The translations under genes and the position numbers were made by a program. This document shows, piece after piece, positions 1-13,311 of a stretch of DNA of 64,000 nt. Source of the DNA: Trichoplax adhaerens (lineage: Eukaryota; Animalia; Placozoa); NCBI RefSeq assembly GCF_000150275.1, contig NW_002060947.1, forward strand, positions 2,159,740-2,223,739, in the 5' to 3' direction. Numbering within the stretch: the first letter of the stretch is position 1; the number at the start of each line of letters is the position of its first letter. The notes under the pieces were generated by a model, which was not told the origin of the DNA, made no database searches, and saw only the letters and a program-made list of their open reading frames with translations.

Positions 1-66
1 TTAGTTAATATTTTTATTTCTAAGATTGTGTAGACATTTTAATGCATGCTATATCTCAAATTATAG

Positions 67-2332
67 AAATGCACTAATTTAGATGAACAGATCGAACCTA
101 TTACTGCCGATGAAGCAACATTTTTAAGTAATGGATCCTCGATTAATGCTGTTAGACTTGTCAACCTTATTGAAGATTGGTTAGAATCTAAGGTAAGTCA
201 ATGAAAGACGCTTCTTGCGTACGTCTTAATTAAACACCTTACCATACTGTCTGTGATTTTATTATTGACATAAGTTGCTTTTATATTGTATTGCAGTACA
301 GTGGTTTAAAGCTACCTAAACTTTTGGATTTTATCCTTCATAAAAGTTTTAAAGATGTGTATAGATACGTTAGTGGAGAGATTGCAAACTTCATTGAATT
401 GAACAACGAAAGCATTGCAGCTATTGAAGATAGTAAACGAGATAAACGACAACTGATCGACAATAACAGTGATTTAGAAACTAGTAGCTCTAAGCGGATT
501 AAATTTATTCTTCCTTCGATAAATAATCAAATCAATAATATGATAAGATATGTTAAAAAAGGCAATATAATGGAGGCATTCGGGTAATTATTTCTATTCA
601 TTAAATAGTATTTTATAGCTACAATTATTCTAATTAAAATGAACTCATTCATGTTGTATCTCATGGTTTATTAAGCAATAGTAAAGAGGTGAAATGCGAC
701 GTAATTCTCGATATTTCAAATAAACTAAAGGAGAGATGGAGAGCAAAACTTTACAAGTGTATTGACGCTTCACCTTTAGTGGTAATTGATCGAGACAACA
801 GGTTTATAGAGCAATATGGAAACTTCTAGTTTATATTGTCATTTTTGATCATATTCTGAAATTTCTTTAAGATGAGTTCGTAGTTTGATAGTATATTTCA
901 ACTCTATGCGTAAACATGGAAAAATACATTTATTAATAGGCAAATCTTAACTTTTTCCTGTTATCATATGTTTTTCAGCAAATTCGTTTACATCGGTAGC
1001 CATTTCCATATTTTTGCTGCTATAAATATGGATTCGGGAGAAATCCTATGGGAGACAATATTGGGTGATAGAATTGAATCATCCGCCACGGTCTCTGTTT
1101 GTGGAAAATATGTTATTGTAGGTAAGGAATTCTCATACATAAAAGTTAAGTAGTTATGTATTATATTGATATTAGAGTTATACTGTATATTTCATAAATT
1201 ATAAACGGTAATTGTGACTTTAACAATGACTGTAGGCTGTTATGATCATCGAGTTTATACGTTAGACAGAACTACTGGGGCTATAGTATGGCAATTTGTC
1301 ACTAATGGACCCGTAAAATCATCTCCGTTGACGGATCCAGAAACTGGTCTAATTTGGATTGGATCTCATGATCACTATGTTTATGCCCTAAACATTACAG
1401 TTAATTTGCATACAGTAGTAGTCTATATTGCATTTTGATTGGGTTAGATCGCCCAGAATGAACATTTAATTTATTTGTTTGTATTAGGGAAAGTGTGCTA
1501 GATTTAGGATTGATTGCAAAGATGGATCTTGCTTTTCATCACCTTGTCTTGGCACCTCACCACGCTTGCTCTACACGGCTACATTAGCAGGAACTATACT
1601 AGCAATTGATCCTGTAATTATCTACAGTATACGCGCGTATAAATTGGGATATAAATGAGCTTACTTATTAATTATGAATTATTTCTACTATCGCTGCAGA
1701 ATTATATAACTTTCTTTCTGTTCGATATCTTCAGGACAATGGAAATATTTTTTGGCAGTTTCATTGTTCTCGGGCAATATTCTCTTCTCCTTGCGTGATT
1801 CCGGCCGGTATTTGTGTGGGTTGTACTAACGGTACAATTATTGCTCTTGACAATGAAGGAAGCGAAGTAAGAAATATGATTACTATTCGATAAATCATTT
1901 TGGTAGCTATGCACTTGTATGTAATCATATATTTATTTACGTAATCGAATTCCGCTTTTCGCATAGCTGTGGCATATTACATGCAATCAACCGATTTTTT
2001 GCTCTCCTGTATTTCATAAAGACCGCATTTGGATTGGTTCACATGAATCTTGCGTCTACTGTATATCCATTTTTGGTAAAATTTTATGGAGAAGGGAAAC
2101 AACTAGCCCTGTATATTCTACACCTTTCTTGCATAATCTAGGAAGCCAGAACGATCTGTTTTTAATAGTATGTAGTACTGATGGTACCATATACATAATG
2201 AATGCATTGAATGGTCATGTAAAAATTCGCCATCATTTGGGTGGTCAGGTTTTTTCATCGCCTGTTGCAGTAGGCGATCGTTTTCTTGTAGGCTGTAGAA
2301 ATGATTATTTACATGCTTTCCAGCTGTCATAA
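67..2332 (+). CDS. AASDH: Beta-alanine-activating enzyme / acyl-CoA synthetase family member 4, 3' part (carrier domain + PQQ-like beta-propeller); 5' exons lie upstream of the window
   Basis: GT-AG exons approx. 67-192, 297-583, ~676-801, 979-1121, 1236-1399, 1488-1613, 1735-1866, 1967-2332. They give ...ATFLSNGSSINAVRL..., RWRAKLYKCIDASPLVV, VYIGSHFH...LGDRIESSA, VGCYD...VKSSP, IWIGSHDH and the C-terminal LGGQVFSSPVAVGDRFLVGCRNDYLHAF, all typical of AASDH PQQ repeats. Confidence 0.9.
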
Positions 2333-5300
2333 ACAAACCAACATTTGATATAGCTATTAAGATGGCATGCTTTAGAAAGAGTAACTATCGATGTAGTTAG
2401 TTTCTAACTATAAATACTATCAATACGTAATACTTTAATGTACCGCATCATTTAATCATTATCTGATAATGCTATAGAATGAATTACTCGCTAGTTACAG
2501 ATACAAATAATAACTAAAAACAAAAGTCTAATTCTGTATAAATTATTTAAATGAATAATGAGAGATATTAGTTATAGCTGCTGTTACGAAAAACTTAAAA
2601 ATAAGAGTTCTAAGGTCACATAAAATCATCAGCATGATAAATTCATCTAATCTTGAAATATACTTCGTAAATTTGTTACTTATACCAATATAGAAAACTT
2701 TTAAATGGTTCTATCGATAGACTGTATATCGACATTATATCTTTACTATAAAGTAAATTTTTCCTATGCGTGTATTTTACTCAAACTCAGACTTTTTCGT
2801 ATTTCATGCTTACTCTGTGTTAATAGTAAAGCTTTTAAACTAGGAGTTGTACATCGTAGTTTTTGTGTAAAAAAGGTGCAGGCATGAGAAGTGTTTATAA
2901 AAATATCAAATAAAACTTTTATCAAATATAGTGTATTAAAGTCTTATCCTGCAATAGCCTGGATTACTTTTACATCTACAATGAACGATATAGCATCGTA
3001 CCATCTTTCATATTGATTTAGGTAATTAATTATTGTGCTTAAATTGTATATTCTGCAAGGGTATAAATATTACTTTGGCGAATATTTGGGCATCTTACCT
3101 GAATTAAGCTTTAGTTTGCGTATAAAATGATCAGGTACATTTTTTAATGAGCTCATAAGTATATTACTAAGAATTAGCAGAATATACATATTGTATGGTG
3201 CACATATTTCAAGTTCACGATTTACGTTCTTAATAATTGATTGCATATAGTTTATTTAGTTAATTAATTTCTGAAGGGAGAATTAAGCAACACTGCAGTA
3301 AAAGTTGCCTATAGCTTTATTAAGCATGAGGACAAAATACGAAGGTTTGAATTCATATTTCTCGATTACTTATAGACAACTAGAATTTTTATAAAATGAA
3401 ATAAAATACTCCATATTTGGCTCGTAGTCAAGTCAACAACTCTGTGTTTACTTTGTTAGCTCTTACTTAATAACAACCAATCAAAGACATGTATAAAGAA
3501 GGCGAAGAAAATGGTAAGTAATAAAAACCAATGTTTATACAGTCCTGTATGTTTTTTTGATCGGAAAAATACACCACAATAATGTTCTTTTCTTCTGTCT
3601 ATCAAGATTTATCGTTCATGAGAAGATTAATCATTTGAATTATATGCTGAATTTAATTTTCTGTCTATGAAATTATTGGGTAAAGGTTTTATCCAGCAGA
3701 ATTTTATGAAATAAACAGTTGATTATTTTTACAGTATAATCTGATTTGAAGTAATACAATCAATTTTAAATTTATTGATAGTAATTCTCATTTGATAATA
3801 TTAGTTGACATTAGTTGACATATACCATACCGGAGGTATATAAATTGCCTAGTAATAAATTATTTTTAATTTCATCTTGCTAAGAATATCATACTCCGAT
3901 TGCTCTCATATTACTCCGGCTAGAAAAACCGCATGCATAATTAATCAGCTTTCTCTTTTGTTAGAAAAATCAATTATTTTAATTACAGTCTGATCTGAGC
4001 ATTTCTGAATTTTTGTTTAATACTAAATCAAGAACTTTGTTATACTAATTCTTGCCTAATTGTAATTAATAAATGCTCGGTAATATAGGTGGTATTAGGT
4101 AGCCAAGTTGCTTTCAATAATATCGCAATTTAATTATTCTCAAGATGCTTCGAACTCAAAAAACTGCCGGCGTTTTTGCTCTTTCTTATGTATTGCTGCG
4201 AAACTTATTAATGAAAGTGCAATTTCATTATAATTCACAATCATTCCTGTGTTTTGTTTAAGGCCAACAATTTTGTTTGTGCTTATTCTTACTTAGCTAA
4301 TAATGTAGGAAGTAGAAAAACTTATCAGGTGTATAAATTGCTTTTAGTAATTCCGGTATATTCTAGTGGTATCATCGATTTCTCATTTCTTAGGATAGAA
4401 AAACCGCATACTACATCACTTTTATCCCGTTTTATTCTTCATTATAGAAATAATCGTTTCCATACTATGGAATTGAAATTACTAAAATCAAACTAGACCA
4501 TCTGATGCTTAATTATGGCCCATAATATCTTTAATGGTATATAGTTAATTGCCGTATGTCAATATATGAAGATTAATAAAGTAGAAAGAACTATTAAGAT
4601 CCACACATACAAAAAAATCAAAATATTTTGTATACTATAAAATAGGATAATAGGCAACGATATTTTCATCTTTTATCCAAATGATCTCTGCTCAAATTTT
4701 TTATTTTGGGGGGGGGGGATTGATAACTGATCTATTTCTGAGTTTGCTTTAATTTCAAATCAAACAATTTCATATAGAGTGATATCAATTCTCATTGGAT
4801 AATTATTAATCTCTGCATTACACTATAGCTAAATAATGAAAATCGCTGTTAATCAATTGTGTTTATATAGTCTCATTTGCTATTTAATTGGAAAATAGCT
4901 TGCAATATGGGTTGTCACTCATTTTTATCCTACTATTGAGGAAAAGCAACCATTTCAATTATATTCTAATTTCAATATCTTAAGTGTTAAACAGAAGGGG
5001 AATACGTTGTTATTTAACTGTTGTCTCCATCGTTTCAACTTGATTGAATTAAACAAAAGATATTGAAGCATTTCCTTTATTCTACCTCGGTAAATAGTAA
5101 CGGTAAATAATACCAATGATTGTCGACACTTTAGCATTCATTTTTCAATATTTAATACTATAAAAATGAATGATTTACTCTTTATCGCCATATATAATCA
5201 TCAACCCGTTTGATTGAATACTGTAATGCAAAATGGCGTCCATATGGTTTGTGTTGATTACTATCGTATCCAAGGTAAAAAATAATAATTTTTGTTGTTT

Positions 5301-6143
5301 ATGAAAGTAAAAAATCTTCTGTCGTATCTACAGTATGCATATGCTCTTCCACACAGATATCCTATCTACAAGTAATCAAGTATGGAATAAACGAATGATT
5401 TTATTACAATTAATGTAGGAAATAATTTTATCGTCTTGATAACTTGGCATACAGCGTAAAAAAGAAGAAGAAATAATACGTAAGTCAGTTTTTGAAGGAA
5501 TGGATAATTCTAGACAAACTCTAACTATCTTCCTTACCATCTTTCATTCCTTTTCGTGATATAATAATCTCTTAATTGACCTGTTTAATATTCTCAGTTG
5601 ATGAATAATAACATTAGACAAATTAATACCATTAAGATTGACCATTTTTATAACTTTACTATCAAATTAAAGCGAATCGACTCCAATCCAAATATCTAGA
5701 AGTATTTCTGGTTTATTACTGGATACCACGATAGCTTTCGTAGCATATTACTATCTGCTCTATATACTTATACCAGTGTGAATTTACGCGTATAATATAC
5801 AGATTAGTGAAGAGATAGCACTATTTTTACGCTCTATGCTGCGATGTCAATACATAGACACATTTTAGGCAATTGGCCTAAGATTATATGTCTATGTGTA
5901 AGTATACATGAAGAATAGGATGAAGACATCTATTTTTCATTAGAATCTGTAATAATTGTCTAGTCTCGCGCTGATCGTTTCTTTAACATTTTAACTTTCT
6001 TTAGATAAATTGAAAGTTAATCGATTAACAATCAAACAGGAACATTAAAAAGCCTTGAAGAAAACTTACTTTTAAGAATTGATAAGTTGACAACTAAATA
6101 TTCAAGATTTAAACTATCCTCGTTATCATTTGCTAATGTTGCG

Positions 6144-6803
6144 ATGGCTATTGATTGGAATAGACCATCGAATGCATCAGCACGATTTCGTCGTAGTCCT
6201 TTATTAATTGTTAACGAAAGTCCAACTATTCAAAAAGCCAAACAACGTAATATACAAGAAGAAATATCTCTCTACCAACGATTAAAAACGATCCAAATGG
6301 ATGAGAAATATTGTATTAATAAAATCAATATTAATAAACGCTTAACGGAATACAAATTTCGTGCTACAGTAACTATGAGTTCTGATTTACAACCTCATCA
6401 TCAGACATCTTTTCAGGATACTAATCATCAACGAAAATCAAAGTTTCGTCAACAACAGTACCAATCTATGCCACCTCCTTCTCCTAATGAATTTACACAA
6501 AGTGCTTTAACTCAGAATATCTTTCGTAGCCATAGTAAATATGGTGCTGAATGGTTTAATGACAATTTAGCCAAAGTTGTCTCAAAATGGAGAATTGATA
6601 ATCATTACGATCGTTATAATCCACCTTTTGAGGAGACTTATGCTTATATCAATACTATGCCACATGCAAGACCACCATCATCCTTGGCTTCTTATTGGAT
6701 TTCTAAAAAGCAACGCTCTAAAAAGCAAGCACTAATTAATTATGAATATAACCAGCGTTTATTAGAGCGTGAAATGCGTACTGTTAAATCAACATCACCT
6801 TAG
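6144..6803 (+). CDS. Uncharacterised 219-aa protein, single coding exon; N-terminal coiled-coil motif shared with the ORF at 11727-12830 (CCDC190-like, tentative)
   Basis: Long open frame in AT-rich DNA. First ATG at 6144 (MAIDWNRPS...). Pyrimidine-rich acceptor tttctttag ends at 6004, implying a 5'UTR intron. AATAAA near 6966. Confidence 0.75.
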   Translation: MAIDWNRPSNASARFRRSPLLIVNESPTIQKAKQRNIQEEISLYQRLKTIQMDEKYCINKININKRLTEYKFRATVTMSSDLQPHHQTSFQDTNHQRKSKFRQQQYQSMPPPSPNEFTQSALTQNIFRSHSKYGAEWFNDNLAKVVSKWRIDNHYDRYNPPFEETYAYINTMPHARPPSSLASYWISKKQRSKKQALINYEYNQRLLEREMRTVKSTSP

Positions 6804-7489
6804 AAATATATTTAATTAAAATATTCAAGGATAAGGTTAGTAAATACCACTAGTCTCATAAAGTAGTTTAATAGTATCGGACAACATCATTTTACCAAAT
6901 TAAGTTAGATAGATCAGATATCCATCTTACATAGCCAAATCTTTCATGTCCCGACTACGATCTTAATAAAGAAAATACATTCAGTTACAACATTACTGCT
7001 GCATATAATTACCATTCCTGTTAGCTACAATTAATGAAAAGTCCTTGGCTAGATGATTTTAGGTATGATATGATTACTTTAATTTAAAAAGATCAATCTA
7101 GTATACTCAAGCATTTCATATCTTGATTAGAGGCCTATCGGAATGATAATATTAGGCTCAATGATTATGGATAGTATACTATCGCTTAAACCGAAAACAT
7201 CAATCGAATTCGCTTAAGTATATTCTCATCTCGCTTCTAAACTTAATCAGAATATGTAATATTTGATAATGTCAGATACGTAGCTATTGACATACAGGTA
7301 AAAATAATCTACCCTATCTCAAAATTACTTTATGATATTTAAAATCAGGATGACAGAAATTCTACTATCGATTGCATTAAGTTGAAGCAAGATTCTGTCT
7401 GCATAGTTCGTGATTTGGTCTAATCAGTGTGTTTACACCGTTATGACTGAGCCTTATAAAGTAACACGATAGTATTATTAATAATTAAT

Positions 7490-7855
7490 TCTATCCAGCC
7501 TCCTACTCATAGAGCATATGTGATAAGGAAATGTTTCAGTGAGCATTTTATGCCAATCGATCTATTTGCTAATGCAAAATAACAATCTTATGTGCTCGTA
7601 CATAGAAGGATTTATTATAAGCATTTAAATCACAGAGACAGAAATTTATCACTACAATTGGGCCGTATAAAGTGAGACAATAAGGTTATTAATAACCAAT
7701 TTTATCCAATCTCTTACTTATAGAGTAAATGTGATATGTAACTTTCGATAAAAATTTCATGCCAGTCGATCCGTCCGCTACTGCAAAATAGCAATCTCAT
7801 ATATACGAAAGGATTTGTCATGAGCATTTAAATTACGAGGACAGAAATTTAATAA
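7490..7855. repeat. Degenerate tandem duplication, ~210 bp period
   Basis: ttttatgccaatcgatc...gcaaaataacaatctt...gcatttaaat...gacagaaattta (~7546-7648) recurs as tttcatgccagtcgatc...gcaaaatagcaatctc...gcatttaaat...gacagaaattta (~7756-7851). Confidence 0.75.
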
Positions 7856-7884
7856 CCATTGAAATGTACTAAGATTATAATCCT

Positions 7885-8560
7885 ATACTCGGTAATTTAA
7901 TCTAGTGGGCTTGCTTTATACCTTATAATTTGCCCTTGGACGTAAAGCAATAGTGTTATTAATAGCATATATAAAAGTCAAACAGTTGCGTTAGAATGCT
8001 TTGCAATTTAATCGAAAAGGTTTATTTTATACTTTGTAACTTGCCCTTATAGATAAGATAATGACGTTATTCGTAGTTTTATTGCAGTTATACACAGAAA
8101 TGAAATAAACTACATTCATATCCTTGGTAATTTAACATCATAAGTTTGTTGCATAGTTTATAAGCTGCTCTTAAACGGAAGAATAACAATGATGATATAG
8201 TAGTAAATTCTGTACAAATCGTACACAGAAATAAAGACTATGTTCATATGCTCAACAGTTTAATTTTATAGGTTTAATTTATATTTTATAACTTGACCTT
8301 TAACGTAAAGTGGCATTATTGTTAAGAAGTTTCGTCTAATTTATGAACAGTAAAAAAAAAAGATTACTGCTCTAGGCCCAGTAATTTGATCTGATAGGCT
8401 TGTTTTATACCTTGTAACTTGTATTTTAAAGTATCATAATCATATTTTTGTAGTAAATCCTATTCAAGTCGTTTACGTTTAGCATGTTTGTTGTAAATAT
8501 GATGATGCAAGGCTATATTTACGTCCATAGTCATTTAGGTAAATGCATTTATTTATACTT
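7885..8560. repeat. Degenerate tandem array, ~5-6 units of ~112-130 bp
   Basis: Core resembling gtaatttaat...ggYttRtttataYYttRtaaYttgccctt recurs near 7891, 8003, 8126, 8256, 8379 and weakly near 8508. Confidence 0.65.
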
Positions 8561-11500
8561 TATGACGAGCTTGTATCAAATTTCTATTTGATAATGAAAA
8601 TATTTCAAATATTTTACGCCAGCTTGTCCATTATTTGTAATAATGAAGATCTACATCTATTTACTAGCCTATTTTGAGGTACATGTAGTAGCTAATTCCT
8701 TCCTGTTACGTTAATCTTAGGGATTTTATCTAAATTTAGGGATTAGGTGATGGAAATCCTCATGATCATCATAAATACGAGGCTTTACTAGCAACATAAT
8801 AACAGGTTTGACATAGAAAACTGGTAACAACAATCCTAGACATAATTTTGAATATGTTTAAATAGGTATAAAACTAAAGAAATGGGGGATAAAACTTGTG
8901 AAATAAATGATGGCTAACAGAACAGACTACATTTTAAGAATATGCAACAGGAAATATAATCGAGTCTACGGAATTACGTATTATGCTAACTATTACAGCT
9001 TAAAAATTAAACTGCTAGATATACAAATTATCTTTTAAATATTTCCATATCAACTCTACATTGCCAGCGATATTGTCCAAAATTTATCATATTTCGGCAT
9101 TTAACAATTTCGAGTCGTTAAATTATCAGCAATTATAACCGACAGTATAAAATAAAATTATCTGAGGGCACGAATGGAAGTAGGATAAATCACAAGCAGT
9201 CAATGAATTCTTGCAAAAAGTTAATCGCGATTTTGTGCATGATTCCTAACTCATATATAACTCTTGATGCGTTTATTGCAGTTAAAAACCAAGAAAGAGT
9301 ATTTTACGTCATTTAGTTATGGCCAATAAAATGAAGGCAAAACACAGCACCATATTGACAGCTGCTAGCTGCAGTAGCTGATATACAAATCCAAAGCTAT
9401 TCTGTACGTATACAAACAGATAGATTTAAATTTATATAAATAGTCAATAGTCAAGATAAATGTAATAACCCTGATGAGGACTGGATTTAACCTGGCTTGA
9501 ATGAATGGTAAAATTTAATGGCTGAATTTAACCGACAAAGAAGTTATTCAACCAAGAGATACTGGCCCAAATAAATCAAAATAGCTTCATATCACTTCTT
9601 CGAAGTGCTTGGATGTAACAGTTACTGGTATTACCGAAAAACATTTTACTAAATCAACTAGTTTTACTACCTCGATTTTACTGTGGTGATTATTTTTTGT
9701 TTATAGATCATTCTCTCCTATATCTAGTTTTAAATTTATTATACAATGATAAGATATCCTTTCTTGTTCGTATTTCATTAATCAAATCAATATTTTAGTA
9801 TTAGATTGCCAATGTGCTATTATAAAGCTTGTCAAATTCTAATTCTTATTCATTATTTAAAGATGTAAAAGTCATATACTAATTATCATCATCACCCCTA
9901 GTTTTAATTTTAGACGATAGTTCCAAACAAATTTTATTACAAGAATATAATTCGTATTTCTCAATTTACGATACTAAATTCATTTATAAATTGTCATTAT
10001 TACTGATTCGGTAAGTGGATTAAATATATTCCGATCTAGATCATAATATTAAATGTAGATGCCAATCTACTAATCTCAACAATTGCAGCACTTATACGAT
10101 AGTTCAGCTCTGATAACAACCAAAAAATGCCTGTCTGATGAATATTGAGAACATGAACCCCTGTTTTTAAAGTATCGCTATAATTTGATGACAGATCTCT
10201 GCTTGCCACAGATGTACAATCTCCTTAGTAGATTCATGATTATGAATTAAAATTTCGACTTTCTTTCGTAAAATGAAATATTTTAGACAAAATCCTGTTT
10301 ACTATAATTCTTAAATCTTATATTCTATGAGCCATTGGAAATAATTTATTATTAAAAATATCATTTCTACTTTAGCATTAACAAAAATTAAATTGATTGC
10401 GTTAGTGTGACTGATATAGGGTAACTATGAGTGAAATAGCAACTTAAAATTATGGTACCATACGTTTGCAAATTCGTTTCATTAAAATTGTGACATGATT
10501 ACGTGAAATAAAAAATTTCTATTAACGTTGGCTCGGTATGCTGAATCCTTTATTGTAAATTTATTCTGAAACGCAATTTATCCTCGATAGCATGATTAAA
10601 ATAATATAAATATTAAAAATTACTCGTACTTATCGATAACCATGAAAATATAGATTAATATACATCAATGCCTTAAACATGGACTTCAGTAAAACATTGA
10701 GAAGATGCCATTGCGCCCACAATAATGGATTCTAAGTAACAACGTAAATATATATATGTTATACATTAAATGATTGAGGACAAGATAGGTAATAGCCTAT
10801 TCAATGGAATTTTATCATGAAACACAGATAATAAGACAGGCAGAATAAAATGTTAATGAACTAGTAATTCTACTACAACTACTTTTAATTATTAGTTTCT
10901 ATGATATTATATTCTATTTCTACGTGTATTAAACATGGGTGAAATTAATTCACTTATGATAAGGAGGTAACCTGATATCTATAGATAATTATCATATCTT
11001 AATGCTTCCCACTAATCTATAGATTTAAAATTCTGATGGAGTAAGGAGACAGCATTATTTTCCTTTTTTATTTCAAGTATCTAGCTTGATCAAGAATCGG
11101 TTGAGATAGTTCAAAACCTAAATTGTAGTTATAATCCCATACTCGATACATGTACTATGATATAAAATAAATTTTTCGCTATCAAATTGGTTTAAGCATA
11201 ACATGAAATGTTTCTTAAGGCAAGTTATAGGTTGCACCCACATGATATGTAGGAATGTTGATTAGAACATCGTTGAAATAGCAAAAAGAGAAACGATGGC
11301 GATCGTAAATTAATATAATTAAGAATATATCAGCTGATCAATTTTCGTTTGTCATTTTAGGTGTAAAATTTTAAATCCTACGACATAATGATAATCAAGA
11401 AAAGGTTTTCACATATTTTTATAATTCTATTAAAGTAATGTATAGGCTTTTTTTTATAGCAGATGCAATTTGGTTAATCTACTTCAAGTACGTTACGTAA

Positions 11501-11726
11501 ATTAAACTTTATTGGAAAGACAGTAAAGGAGAAATATACGTAGATGTATTAGCAAGCTAATAAGCAATGCGATAGTTACTTCATAATAGTATGAAGAAAA
11601 TAATATACAGTAGTTGCTGTTTTACAGGGTGCTCCTTTAGTAAATAGAGATTTGGTACATGTCATGGATTATTTTACGATGACGATATTATTACGTATAA
11701 AGTTAATCCAGTTTGAATCTGTGAAA

Positions 11727-12830
11727 TTAGTATTTTAGCCATTGCGTTTGACGTTTTCGATGGCGATATTTATTGTTATGTCCAGTCCGAAAATTTCGAA
11801 TATAATTGCAATTACGAATTTCTTCATATAGCTTAGGCAAATTCTCATTTTCTAATGGATGTTTTCGATTCTGATGTAAACGCAGTTTCAAAGTGGACGA
11901 TTGAAAAGCAGATGGCTTCTTTGGATTATCTTTACTTGTATCATTATTAAGAACCGGATGATCAATATTATTATTATTATGGCGATCGTGGCTTTCATCT
12001 TCATTCAGTTCGGGGAATAATTCATCTAATTTATTAGCAAATCCTTCATTATCACGATTCTGTTTAGCTTGCATTGATTGTTGGAAGCGTTCTAGGTTTT
12101 GCTTTTCGATTTCCGTTAATAACGGCAATAAAGATGCTCGCCGACCCGTTAAATCGCTAGTCATCATATGTTTTTGTCGTCTATTAGTGGGTAAGATTAT
12201 GTTATTAGGATCAACTTCAACTCGATTAAAAGCTAATGATTGACGACGGATTTCCATGTTAGTGGAAGTAGGCGGATGCATGAATTCAACTTTATGCTGA
12301 GGATGTTTGCTTGCATCATGATCTTGATTATTTGCATCGTTATCATCGTTTTGTTGTATAGGTCGTTTCCTTCTTGATTGCCAACGTCTCATTCTAGTTG
12401 ATGATGATTCACTAATTTGGCTATCGTTGTCATCAGATTGCTGTAAATTATGATTACTGGATAATTGCGGAAGATGCACATCATTGGCACTGGTCTTGTT
12501 TTTGTTACTTTTACTATCACCATAATTTCCTTTTGATTTTAGTTTAGGTAGTTTTACATCATTGTGGATATCATAGTGTGATTTCCTTTGAGATTTTCTC
12601 CTTAAGTAATGATTATTATGAGCACGAGCAACTAGATAACGCCGATCTTCTTCACTTCTTAATAGATATGCCTGTTGCTCTTTCTTCAATAAACTGAGTT
12701 GTCTATCAAGCACAAAATCTTCCATTGCATTGGTAATTCGGACTGAATGAGACATTTCACTCGGTTTGAATTTATTCCAACGTAAGAGATTATCGTTAGC
12801 GTTGCTATTTTGTGACATTGCCATCTTCAT
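11727..12830 (-). CDS. Uncharacterised 367-aa protein, single coding exon; CCDC190-like N-terminal coil and C-terminal CxYIR motif (tentative)
   Basis: 367-codon ORF. Contains RITNAMEDFVLDRQLSLLKKEQ and KLYEEIRNCNYIR. 5'UTR acceptor (CCATTTAG|ATAG on minus) at ~13008. Confidence 0.8.
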   Translation of the reverse strand: MKMAMSQNSNANDNLLRWNKFKPSEMSHSVRITNAMEDFVLDRQLSLLKKEQQAYLLRSEEDRRYLVARAHNNHYLRRKSQRKSHYDIHNDVKLPKLKSKGNYGDSKSNKNKTSANDVHLPQLSSNHNLQQSDDNDSQISESSSTRMRRWQSRRKRPIQQNDDNDANNQDHDASKHPQHKVEFMHPPTSTNMEIRRQSLAFNRVEVDPNNIILPTNRRQKHMMTSDLTGRRASLLPLLTEIEKQNLERFQQSMQAKQNRDNEGFANKLDELFPELNEDESHDRHNNNNIDHPVLNNDTSKDNPKKPSAFQSSTLKLRLHQNRKHPLENENLPKLYEEIRNCNYIRNFRTGHNNKYRHRKRQTQWLKY

Positions 12831-13298
12831 AGAAGATAAAGGATTTATAGAAACGATATAAGAAAAAGTTTAAAGTTTATTTCTTCTCTTTCTTTACGCA
12901 GGATTGTTCGAAGAAAATTATAATTTTTAGATGGATGATTGAGATTTATAATTCTTTCTTTATTCCGAAGCCGATTAATCCGTTAATCTCTCTAAAGTTT
13001 CTGCTATCTAAATGGCTAAGCAATAAAAACTAGTATTATAAATCATTACCAGGTTCTATATTATGCATCGGCTGACAATATTTCTTCGTATGATTAGCTT
13101 GACTACACGGTCCGTTTTCTTTCCATTTTGGCACCAACTCTATCCTCATACAGAATATCGCTCGTTATCTCTTCATAGGGCCACTTAATGCCTTACTGAG
13201 TTATATTAATTTGTTGATGATGAAAGCCATGAGAGAGCTAAGATCGGATAAATAGGCTACTGTTATGATTAATAGCCTTGATCTTGTAGACAATGACC

Positions 13299-13311
13299 GT
13301 TACTTAGTAAC
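13299..13311. promoter_or_regulatory. Palindromic RFX X-box upstream of the 367-aa ORF
   Basis: GTTACTTAGTAAC fits GTNRCY-N(0-3)-RGYAAC. It lies about 100 bp 5' of a candidate minus-strand donor (CTCA|GTAAGG at ~13197). Confidence 0.55.

Noticed and set aside
6087-6143. TTG start for the 238-aa ORF
   Set aside because: In a eukaryotic context the first ATG at 6144 is the more plausible start.
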